DNA from: Atractiella rhizophila
Taxonomy: Eukaryota
Assembly: GCA_021432655.1 (NCBI GenBank)
Contig: MU271282.1
Location: forward strand, 62,001-107,833
DNA length: 45,833 bases
Reading direction: 5' to 3'
Positions within the stretch are counted from its first letter, which is position 1. Each line of letters starts with the position of its first letter. The position numbers and the translations under genes are program-made. The notes beneath the pieces were generated by a model, which worked only from the letters and a program-made list of their open reading frames with translations, did no database searches and was not told the DNA's origin. Of the stretch, positions 35,581-45,833 are shown in pieces.

Positions 35581-38500
35581 TTGAGAAGAGAAATGAACGG
35601 ACCATTCAGATGTGAGGTTTCGGAGTGCCAAAGCGGCTTGACACTGGACCTTAAGCGAAGGGCTGTCCATGAGGGTGATGAGATTCTGAACAAGCTTCGG
35701 GTTTGTATTCAATAACTTCTTTCGGTTTGTTGGATTTTGCAGTCTAGTTTCGTGCCACTCAGTGGCAAAGTTCTTTAGTTTTCTGGAACAAGTGTGTCAG
35801 TGCCCTCGTCCCTCGGGCATCCCCCCCGCTAGGGGCTTCGCCCCTTAGACCCCAGCCTCCGGCGGCCACTGCGTGGGGCAAGTACAAACCCACATGTCCA
35901 ACAGATTGTCCTTGTGCTTTATTCAGAGTTAAGGCAAACGCTAAGCGCACAGGGAATTGAAAGCGCCGGAATTGAAAAGGAAGCTGGTTTGATACTGCAC
36001 TGTCAATGCCGATTCGAGGAATGAGAACTGATTCGCCACTGTGTGCACCTGTAATGATGGTTGCTTCGATGGCTCACCGGAGAAGCTGAGTGACTATGAG
36101 GTGTGTGCCATTGCACAGGCCAGCAGATGGATTGAGATTTCGCAGAAGAATGATGGGTGCACCGATCTTGAGGTGTAAACGATGTGAAGGGAATCCAGAG
36201 ATCTCCAGGGTATTCAGGTACTCAACAGAGAAGCGATTCCTGAGATCTCCCTCGTCATCTATAATTTGATCTGCACTATAATATACCCGATCTCCTGTGG
36301 ATTCGAGCCACTGAATCAAGCGATCTTCGATGCCATCCACATCCACATTCTTTGCTGCTAGAATCATACGAACCCGGAAGTATTCTTGAAGGAAGCTCAG
36401 AGCAGGGATATTTGGCATAGAACCTAGTTGTCCGTAAATTAAGCGCAACAGACGATCTAGTCCTTCATGGGATCGAATAATAGACCCATCTGGTATCGTT
36501 AAGGCTCCATATCCATTGTCTGATGGATTATCAGTGAGACCATTTCCAACATCAAGGAGCCACTGGGCAAATCTGGTCGCAAGCTGAAATTCGGCTGGTG
36601 TCATTTCCTGTTGGCCGTGAAGAAGGCGCATATTGGTTTTCAAAGGCAGGACTTGAACATTCGGCCAGAAGTAAGAATCAGAAGTAAGAATTAATGATGC
36701 AGGCATCCACAATCTGAGCTCGGCTTCCATTTGGCACTACCGGAAGACACTGTCTGCCATCTCCTGTAAACAGTATGTTAATAAAGAACTACTTAAAGGG
36801 AAGTATCATACCACAGAAAACCATAAGTGTTCCTCCAAATGGTCTTGAATCCTTTTTAAGGTCCTGCCCCAACCGATCCACACAGCTGACGGAGAGGCGA
36901 TCACTCATAATGGCTTCATCCCACAGGATAATTTCTGCCTTGACATATAGCCTTGTATGATCACTTTGAGCGGAAATACCACAAACTGATTGTGCATCTG
37001 CATTGAGGGGAATCTTGAATCGCATATGAGCAGTACGACCACCTTCAAGCAGAATAGCAGCAATTCCAGAAGAGGCTAATGCTAGTACAATCTTCTTGGA
37101 TGACCTTACTCTTGCCAGTATAAGATTCTGAACAAAAGTCTTTCCAGTTCCTCCAGGCCCATCAAGAAAGAAGAGTCCTCCGGTGCCATTCTGCCAGGCT
37201 TCGATGATTGTATCGTATGTGTGTCGTTGATCCTCATTCATAAGAGGAAGATCCCTATCAAGACGTTGCTCTAACTCCATAATGTTGTACGCCAGCTCTT
37301 CTCCAATTATTCTTGTCTCTCCACCCCATCGTGCAAACCTGTGAGCAGGTAACGGCAACCTATACTCCTCTAGTGTCTTGCCTAGACCATGTAGCAGGTC
37401 CTCTAGCTCAATAAGGCATAAGTCTCGGATCTAGTCTTCAGAAGGTGCAGCGATTCCATAAACTGTTTGCAGAAGATGTGCACAATCGTCATTGAGCTTG
37501 TCATAGTGTCTTCGAAACAGTTGCAATGGTTCGCTTGCAACTCCAAAGACCAAAATGGAGACAAAAAGAGAACGAATTGCTGATCCTCGTTTGATTGCGT
37601 TTGCATCTTCCAGACACAAATCCCATTCTTCGTCACTTTCCAGTAGACCTGATGCCACACAGGCTGCTTTGAATGTTTCGTAAACTTGACCGTCAATTGT
37701 ACGAATGTCCTCAAAAGATTTAGGACTTGGGATCTTGTGAAGAAGTAGTCGAAGATAAAAGAGCTTCCCTTGTGACGGCGCAATGTAAAATATCCGACCA
37801 ATAACATCACCTTTCTCACGTATCTTCCAGCACTTTGAATTACTCTGCCAGACCAAATGTCGAGGGGCTTGAGGATAGGTCCATGATCAGGAGACCTGGG
37901 GAGAATCACGGCAAAATTGGAAAAATTCACTAAGCATTGTTTTTCTGACATTTCTTCGTGAAAATATATCTTCAGGTTGACCATCGTCTGCATTAAAAAT
38001 AACCATCTGTTGATTTGGAAGATGAATGCTCAGTCGAATCACAGTTGGAGAGTGATCATGAAGCTTGAAGTGGAAACTCCGCCAGCATTTTATAATCATA
38101 CTTAATCCTTAACCTTTGAGGAATGGACTGAACAAACCTTCTGAAGCACCCACATATCGTGCATCTAAATACTCTTTAATCTCATCCACTGGTTCTCTTG
38201 CTCCACTGAAATCTGATTCTATGACTAATTGTGCTCTATCCGGCCCTTTGTATACGTATTTGAATATATACTTGAGTGAACGAATTGAGATACAGATCTC
38301 AGTGTTGATATGAGCCAGAAACTTCCTCAGGACCCAAGCATTAAAGGCACTACCCATTGATTATCATATATAAACTCTTGGCCCCGTATCATCTTGTCTC
38401 ATGTTGAGGTGGAGTAGGTGGAGTAGGATTAAAACGTGCAGGGCGTCGCCTCTGTCTTACAGGTCGACCTTGGTGTAGTGGTGGCTCCTGCTGCAGACAT

Positions 38501-38865
38501 TGATGCCGTTTGGATCGGCACTCTCGATTTCTTGTTTGATTTCTCTGAATTGCACGTGGCATGAGAGTGTAGCTTGCTGCACATAACAAAATGATATGAG
38601 TGAAGAATATATAAGCCAGAGTCCACACACCTATGCTTTTTTTGCTTGATTTGATTTGATGCTAACGGGCTCAGGGATACTATGGTAGACTTTTAGGAAG
38701 CATATTTGTGATGAAAGAAACTGTTTCACTTGCATGAATGCTTGCTCACTTTCCCTCATAGTTGGCAAACAACAGTTTTTGGCACACTATCTGAGAAATC
38801 ACAGAAAGCCCTGAAGATATCACGTGCACCCAGTTTGCACACAACAGGATCTGGCAGTGAAAAAA

Positions 38866-38951
38866 TGTGACCTGACTGAGACTCAAACCCACACCAGCAC
38901 CAATTAATCAAGACTCAACTACCAACCATACGCCAACTACACCATCACGCG
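38866..38951 (-). ncRNA. tRNA-like / Pol III promoter remnant inside the Helitron
   Basis: Minus strand A-box TGGTGTAGTTGG, B-box-like GGTTTGAGTC in a 4/5-bp T-stem, partially pairing acceptor stem, then T6 (38860-38865). No confident anticodon. Confidence 0.45.
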
Positions 38952-39057
38952 AACTCTTTACTTTGTGGGCTTATTTGAGTAGGTAAGGAAATTTTTGTCA
39001 AAGTGCTGAAGTCAGTCACTTGACTCAGTCATGGAAGACAACTATTTTTTATCCTTT

Positions 39058-39280
39058 AAATAAGCTTTATTGTATACGGTTGGAAAGGCGCTGACACGCG
39101 TATTCTAGTGGTATGCTCAGAATTTTGATGGGGTTGTTGTGGGCCAAGAAGTCAATTGAGTTAGTAAGGAAAACAATTTTTTTTTCGTCTTTCAAATAGG
39201 CTTTGTTGTATATGGTTCGAAAGGCGCCGACACGCATATTCTGATGGTATGCTCAGATTACTGGCAGGGGGGTTGTGGGT
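39058..39280. repeat. Diverged direct repeat (~85 bp, ~135 bp apart) in the Helitron 5' subterminal region
   Basis: AAATAAGCTTTATTGTATACGGTTGGAAAGGCGCTGACACGCGTATTCT..GGTATGCTCAGA vs AAATAGGCTTTGTTGTATATGGTTCGAAAGGCGCCGACACGCATATTCT..GGTATGCTCAGA. The mini-Helitron carries one unit. Confidence 0.85.
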
Positions 39281-39742
39281 GGTGAGAGAAGTGCTCAAAA
39301 GTACATGTGTGAGTCATGCTAAAACCCGTCGTGCTTTATATATAAGGATGTTCTACTATTTTCTAGTTGCCACTGCTGTAAGCTATATAAACACATAGAA
39401 TTCCATTTCCTGGTGCTCATGCGTTTGCAAGAGCTCAGCCAAACGTAACCAAGTCGTACTTAGCTCCGCTCCTCAGCCCGTCGATTTCCAACACGGTTGT
39501 TGGCTGTGATGCACCAGTAAGAGAAAGTTTTTGGACAGGAGGAAAAGAAAGCTGAGCCATCAACAGCAAAGTTGGACAGAGCCGTTGTGCAGTAGTACTG
39601 AACATCAGTGTCGGGAGAGCTGCAGGCTTACAAGGACAGATATTGCTACTGCATTGACGAGCTGTTGGCGATTCTCATCTGTTATAATTTCAGTGATGTC
39701 ACATTCGGCAGACTCAGGGAGATAAATCAACGCTCTGTGTCC

Positions 39743-40089
39743 TGTTCAGGAGAGCACCAGTAGCATTCCGCTGGACGCACATGTCCTTGCTTTTTGCGTA
39801 AGAGGAACGAGAGCACTGGATCTTGCAATCCTAGTTTTACCCTCATCTGGAATGGTATCAGTTTGCGGCCGAAACAGAACGTCCGCTTCTTGATTTCTGA
39901 CCTTCCCTTCCTCCCTTAGCCCAGCAGTCACCTTCATATGCTCTTGCTTATGGTAGTTAAAGAACTCAATGTCGGACCTGTCTCCGCCACCTCCATTTTC
40001 AGTTTCCCTGTCCTTTTCCCTTTTATAAATAGCGCTGTTTCTAGTGCTGTGGCAGATGTCAATATATACAAATGTAGAGATTGAGAACA
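39743..40089 (+). mobile_element. Possible LTR of another retroelement
   Basis: TGTTC...GAACA ends, TATAAATAG, AATATATA, followed by TTGATATC (possible decayed TGGTATC PBS). No TSD or second copy. Confidence 0.3.
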
Positions 40090-41354
40090 TTGATATCCAT
40101 CACCACCATACCACTAACCCACTGTCTCTCCTCTGCAGCTGAATTCTGCTGAGCTCCATCACCACTCGTATGACCCATACAATTCCCCAAACATACTTCT
40201 GACACCTTACCACCACTCTCAACAGCTCGGAACTTAGAAGCAGCAATTGATGGAACAATAACAATGGAAGGAACGCAACCAGAAGGAGAGATGGGATTAG
40301 GGGAGGAGATAGGAGAGGGGAGATGGGAATTATAACTATTGCAAGAACTAAAGGAATGGAGGAAGGATAATAAGGAGCAAAAAGAAAGGAAAGAGTGGAG
40401 GAGGAAGGAAAGAGAGGTTAGTATCAAGAATGTAACAGCATGGAGTGGAAAGAGGGTGAGTTGAGAAGTTTCTTGGCCAATGTCTTGGCCTACCATGAAG
40501 AACAGAAAAGCAGGAAGGGGATAGTGTTTAGAGGACTGGTTGTGATTGAAGGAGAAGACTGAGAGATTGTGGAAATGGAAAGTTATAGCCTGAGAAAGGC
40601 ACTGGATTGGTTGGAGAGGTTATTATAAGCCGACAAGTATGTCCTGCAACCTTTTCAACACTGTAGGAGAGATGGAGAAGCGGGTTGGTAATCCCTCGAA
40701 GAAGCTTGCAGTTGAATTGAGGAAGCCTACGAACCCTTCATGTACAGCTGCAACAGGGGCATGCATTGTACCAAGAGCTGGAGGCACTGATACAAGATTT
40801 CATCAGGGACAGTCAGGAGGTGGAGAAGAAAGTTCCATCGATCCTTCCAACTCGAGCTCACAACTAAGTACTGCAACATGTATCCTACGTGCCCAGCATC
40901 AAGTCGAGATTTGCTGTCCTCCCTAGAAACTACCAGTTCGAAACAGTTATCGTGCAGAAAGTCAAAGACTCTGGTAACTCTATTGAAGGAAAGCTGGTAA
41001 ATAAAGTCTGTGCCTGTGGAAGTTTGTCATTGGAGTGAGACGGTCCATTCTACAATACGATGATAGAGCTGAGCCAGAAGTGCTGGGACACCGTTAAACA
41101 GCTCATCCACTATCTCTTCCATTTCCCAAAACCAACATCGAAGCGTGTCATTCTAATTTTCATCTTCAAAACCTCGGCGAGGCTGCTTCGATGGAGCCCG
41201 AATCTATCATCTGCACCAACCTGATTGATTTCAAGAACGAATGACACACGACAATTCCTAAGGTTTATCACAGCCTTTTCTTGCTTCCACTCCAGCAGAA
41301 TGAGGTGTCAACCAACTGACTTTGCATCAGGAGCCAATATTCCAGACGCCCCTT

Positions 41355-41546
41355 TGTTCGAAATCGACGGGTGAGGAGCCGAGTTAAGTATGAGTTGGTT
41401 ACATTTTGCTGAGCTCTTGCAAATGCCTGAGCACCAGGAAATGTGTGTTTCTATAGCTTACAGCAGTGGCAACTAGAAAGTAGTAGAACATTCCAGAAAA
41501 TTAAAGAACTTTGCCAGCACGAAACTAGACCTAAAAAAATCCAACA
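41355..41546 (-). mobile_element. Solo LTR, family C copy 2 (Helitron-free allele)
   Basis: TGTTCGA...TCCAACA with flanks CCCTT / CCTTT (5-bp TSD with one mismatch). Contains TAGTAGAACA|TTCCAGAAAA, the empty Helitron target. Confidence 0.88.
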
Positions 41547-41561
41547 CCTTTCAAGAGACAC

Positions 41562-42470
41562 GTGGCAAAAATTGAAATGATTGGTTTCAACGATCCAACC
41601 AATAGCCACGAGCTCTATTGGCAAATTGCAGTACCAATCTCGTCTAAATCGGAGGATGAACCCGACGAATTGATGTCAACCTCTGACAGATGCGCTGAAC
41701 CACTGACTCAGAAAGTCATGGCAATCCCATTGGGGGCATATCTTGGTTCCCTGTGCTGCAGAAATGCCACAGAAAATGCAAGCTTTGGTTCAAGATTTTG
41801 ACTTTGCTATCAAGGAACAAGAAGGGAGAGTTAACAACCAAGAGAGAACAGTAAGTGAAGTCTTTCGATCGACAGCATTGCTAATTTCATTAGGCAACAT
41901 GTATGTACATTGCGTCCAAGAAAATTGATGGAGAGGACTCTCACAGACTGTTGGACGATTTCGAGTCCATCTATCAAGTCCTTTGCATCCTTACCTTTGT
42001 ACACATCACCGAAGTTGAAATCCGTGGACTTGGACTAAAGATCGAAGGGTATCTTAGCAAAACTTTGTCGGACTCCAAAAGACGGATATTAATGGGCAAT
42101 CTCAGGGTTTCCGAGAAGAGGAGATTTTAGGATTCCCATTTTTGGTCCCATCATCATTATTTTCCGCCTCTTCCTGTCTCCTGGCTACGTGGACGATCCA
42201 AAGCCGCTATAACCCAGAAGCGTTGTGATAAGCTCGAGCTTCCCGACCCCAACGAACGTCCCATCTTGACTCCATTTCTGCAACGGCAAGAGGAACTTCC
42301 GAAATTCTTAAATGGTGAAAAGATAGTATCCTCGTTTGAAGACAAGGAAGCTTGCGAATGCTTAGTCGAGGTAACTCAGGCGGTTCTCCTCCAGTCACAG
42401 CATGTGGATATTTTAAAACGGATGGACACCTGCGACCGAATTTTCTTCACCAATACTTCAAAGTCAAACC
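41562..42470 (+). pseudogene. Degenerate fungal-type protein kinase C-lobe fragment
   Basis: LVQDFDFAI..QERT [GTAAGT..CTAAT..TAG intron] G..., then SHRLLDDFESIYQVL. Same motif order and intron position as the intact kinase. Frameshifted. Confidence 0.65.
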
Positions 42471-43531
42471 CGGGATCGGCGGCACCAAACGCTCCGCATT
42501 GCACCAAGAAGGTCGTCAGTCAAAGGTCCAATGAACGGGTACAACCCATCAACGTCAGACGTATGGCCCTTCGTCAGGCACAGGTACAGAGGGAAGTGGG
42601 ATGAGAGACCCTGTTGATGTGTCGCTGACGACGGGTCCACCACTTGCTGCAGTCGTGGCGTCTGGGTTTGCATTGATGGTAAATGTGCTGATGTGCGACT
42701 CGTTCCTTCCTCATCTATTGTGATCGCCTGAGTACCAACGTTCGAGAACTAAAGATACTGACTAGTCCAGGCAATAAAATAGCTACTCCTAGTTGAAAGG
42801 GTGATAGGCGGCTCCACCGTGGTCGAGCCGTCCGTTAAGGCGACTGGAGGGGAGAGAGGAGAGTTTGAGAGGAGCTCGATGGATGAGGTGGTTGTGTAGC
42901 TGAGGAGTAGGCGGTGTTGGACGGAGGCAGTGGATAGGATGTCCGAGAGATCCCCGAATGATGAAAGGGTAAGGAGAGAATAGACAGACCAGGACACTTT
43001 AAGCTGATCCCTGCAGTAAAGACAGTCCCGGAGGTAGGGAAAGTGATATCAGGCGAGTACGATGTAATCTGCCTTCCTTTCAGGTCTGCTCGAGGCTAAT
43101 GCGGAAAGTCTCTCTCATTGTTGAGGATGAATGGAGATTCCAAAACGGCACGACAGCAAGCGAAGAGAGAGAACGCAAACATTAACATAGCCACTGCCGC
43201 CTCCGATGGTATATCGCTGTAGCAAGCAGTTAGAAATGGCTGCAACACCTTCATTGTGTGCACAAGGTTCCAAGGTGGTGCCTCTCCATGTGTCAAACTT
43301 TATCTCTGCTATCTCACCTTTTGATTGATTGCTGACTCCCTCATCCATCAAGACGGGAGACGGATGACACTAACAAGTGGGTCAGCTGTTCAACTTGAGG
43401 TTCACGTTTTCAAGGCGGCCGTTGGTGGTGGTCGTTGTGATTATTCTTGGTGGAGTCACCTCAACAAATGCAATGAACCCCTGTCTTCATCGGAGGCCGA
43501 TGAGGCGGCTTACTTGGGTTTAACAGATTTC

Positions 43532-45727
43532 TCAAGAGAAGAGTATAATGGGTACATAGATGGTACAGTGGGAGACTTCTAAACGGAGCATCACACGATC
43601 AGGAGGTGCAAGCGGAAGATGATTGTCGGTAGGAGGAGGAATAGGAACGTCATGACCCTGTTGCAACGTTAGAATGAAAGTGTCGCCTTGTTCAGGAGGA
43701 GGGACAACATTGTTGATTCGTAGAGAAGGTGGAGGGAGGTAATGAAGAGTAGAACGGAGTGGGCTCTGTGGAAATCGATGTTTTTCGGCTTTGAGGTTTT
43801 TCTCCTTTGACATGGTGGACACAGGATCTGTATGCTGCTGTGACCTTTCTAACAATGCTTTCGAATACTCGCCTGCCACCATAATGTTCTTGAGATCTTT
43901 GGCTGAACGCACATCCTAATCCAGCATGACAATCCTGTTGAAAGGAAAAAGCGGGACTTACAGAAATGGCATTGCTACCACCGCCATCCAGCCAAGCCTC
44001 AGCCAGACTCTCAGCCAGCCTCCCTACACAGCTAAAGTTGAGAAGCAACGGCATCACATCCATCGAATCCGGATATGCCTCCTTCCATCGCTTGCACAAT
44101 CGTTGCGCAACCTTCGCACCCCTCACTACAGCTTGAAGCAGCTCCCCAATCGCTTCCCGCGAACCCTCATTCTTCCACTTCCTCAAGCAGAACAGCGTCT
44201 CCTCACCGAGGCTGTTATGGCCCAGCATATCCCTGTGAGGATTGTTTCGTAAGTCTTCAGAGGTATAATCGTCCTCGTCTGCATCGATTGGGAGGTTGAT
44301 ATCACATTCCGCCAACGTTATGGTGATGAGAAGACGTTTTGTAGCGGATTGTGCAAGCGTTTCGCTGTTGATAGCACGAGAATGGGGGTGGCAGAGAGGT
44401 AGGATGCCGTCTTCAATAAATGCGGCCAGTACTTTGAGGTTGAGACAATTATTGTCAGCAACCATTTCCTTGAGCTCATCTATTGTCCTGTTAGTTTCAA
44501 ATAGCGGAGAATGGCATGTCAAACAAAATACAGACCAATTGATCCCTTAAGGGTGTCAGGCACAGAGGTGGAGTTATTCTGCCTCTTGAGCAACTTGTTC
44601 TGGCTCGCCCTGATCCCATGAAGTGGGTCATTCGGGAGGTTCGCCTATATGCTCAGGAATTAGTATCTAGTCATTTAGAAGGCCAGAAATGCACCATTGG
44701 TCTATCATTCTTCCTCTTCATAGTCCTCTCCACCACTCTTACTGTCGTAACGATGGAACCACAGCCTTCGAGCCCTGATCCTCGTTGGCCCAATTTGGTC
44801 CAAGGAGAGAGATGCTCGCTCACCATGCTCTGCATTCACACTCTCCACCCTATTTCTCTTCTCTGTCGGCATGACAGATCCGTTGATACTGGCCTTCCTT
44901 TTTATTCCCCTCTTAACAATCTGGCCTCCATCCTCATCACGCTCGCCATCACATTTATAGGCACTCCCGCTCGTATTCCTTAGCACTGCGGTCACAAAGA
45001 TACGCGACATCCAGTCGTTCTTCCCAAGGCAAAGAACTGAGCTGTAATCTGCCTCGAGTTTGCGCAAGATGTTCGGAAGATGGACGGTTTTGCAGAGGCC
45101 CGTCTGGTTCTTGATCGACTTCGTAGTGTCCAGGTAGGTTTTTGAGTAGAGGGTGGCATCGTTTCGGATGACATCAGCAACCACGCTGGACAACTGAGTC
45201 GCTCCAATAACGCTGTCATCGACTTCATCGAAGACGAGCTGATGTAGCACCTGGACGGGATCAAGGAGCTTGTTCTGGACACCACTTCTCGTTGAGGCGG
45301 CTGCTTGTGTACGTTCCCAAAAGATCCCAAGGTCTTCGGCATCTTCTTTGCTGATAATTGGACGGTATGGTTTCACTGGCCTTTTGATGCAATCTTCTCC
45401 GGAAGATTCAGAGCTTGTTTCAGGGGCCAGAGCCTTCGCTACGATACCTCCCACACGCTGTTTCGACGTTGAATCCACCGGGGGAAGAGCCTTTTTCACC
45501 TTTTCAAGCTCCAACCTTTCGAAGCAGATACCCTCGACGTGGCACTTGACTGGATCATGGTGGCGAGGGGCTTCACCCCCTCGTGCCGAAATCCTGCGCT
45601 TGTGATCTTGCAATTTGCGCGCCTGATGCTCACCACCATTGTTCTGACTTATGCCATAGGATGTACTATCGCTTCCATGAAAGAGAAATGGATACTCCTC
45701 TGCTCTCTGTCGGTTGGATCGCCGCAA
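43532..45727 (-). other. Multi-exon hypothetical protein gene or pseudogene, no family recognised
   Basis: Same-strand 340-aa, 276-aa and 126-aa ORFs with protein-like composition, separated by plausible GT..CTAAY..AG introns. TGA TAG at ~44705 precedes the apparent donor site, suggesting a lesion. Confidence 0.5.
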
Positions 45728-45833
45728 CCGTTTGTGTGGGGGATATGGCTCTCATTTGGCACTCAGCATGCTTTCAGTGCTTCTACAAGTTGCGGTTAGG
45801 GTTAGGGTCTCGCCTTCTGGATCCACAGCGTTT

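Larger units (their letters stand above)
35789..39348 (-). mobile_element. Helitron, 3560 bp, both termini intact, internally deleted RepHel
   Basis: Minus strand A|TCCTTATATATAAAG ... TGCCCGAGGGACGAGGGCA stem-loop, CTTG|T, no TSD. Coding remnants HINTEIC..KYIFKYVYKGPDR (Rep Tyr motif), FYLRLLL, DGPGGTGKT, SSGIAA, WDEA, LCNGT, FALTLNKAQGQS. Exact empty site at 41490|41491. Confidence 0.95.
35728..39493 (+). mobile_element. Solo LTR, family C copy 1, split by the Helitron (35728-35788 plus 39349-39493)
   Basis: TGTTGGA...TCCAACA termini and 5-bp TSD CGGTT at 35723-35727 and 39494-39498. The joined halves match the reverse complement of 41355-41546. TATATAAA at ~39384. Confidence 0.9.

Noticed and set aside
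35743..35768. Hairpin TGCCACTGAGTGGCA followed by CTAG (minus strand) as the Helitron 3' end
   Set aside because: The empty LTR allele at 41491-41546 contains the homologous segment, so it belongs to the host LTR. The true end is CTTG at 35789.
34970..35788. Capture of the VAC8 fragment by the adjacent Helitron
   Set aside because: The fragment is outside both the Helitron ends and the TSD of the LTR that hosts the Helitron.
45794..45807. GGTTAGGGTTAGGG telomere-like motif
   Set aside because: Only two units with ordinary sequence beyond, too short to call a telomere or interstitial array.

Overview
Eukaryotic DNA, almost certainly from a basidiomycete fungus (short GT..AG introns with CTRAY branch sites, fungal-type protein kinases, Zn2Cys6 and patatin-STAND genes). 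The window is a transposon graveyard with very few intact genes. Mobile elements resolved to the base include three short LTR families with two copies each. In every pair one copy is interrupted by a DNA element and the other is the empty site: a 100-bp MITE with a 7-bp TSD, a 142-bp hAT MITE with an 8-bp TSD, and a 3.56-kb Helitron (TC...hairpin-CTTG, A|T target). Also present are a 230-bp mini-Helitron of the same family, a 3.75-kb TIR element with TAY..RTA ends and a 6-bp TSD (IS3EU-like), and remnants of Copia, two hAT, PIF/Harbinger, CACTA and further Helitron elements. Host-type genes are one apparently intact 4-exon FunK1 kinase and decayed copies of a second FunK1, a patatin, a patatin-P-loop (NLR-like) gene, a Zn2Cys6 TF, a probable TF fragment and an intron-containing VAC8 fragment. 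The best leads are a tRNA-like Pol III cassette inside the Helitron, the IS3EU-like element, the 7-bp-TSD MITE, and the DNGG-type patatin/NLR family. I cannot demonstrate a wholly new system from sequence alone. All protein family calls come from motif recognition by eye, not from database searches.
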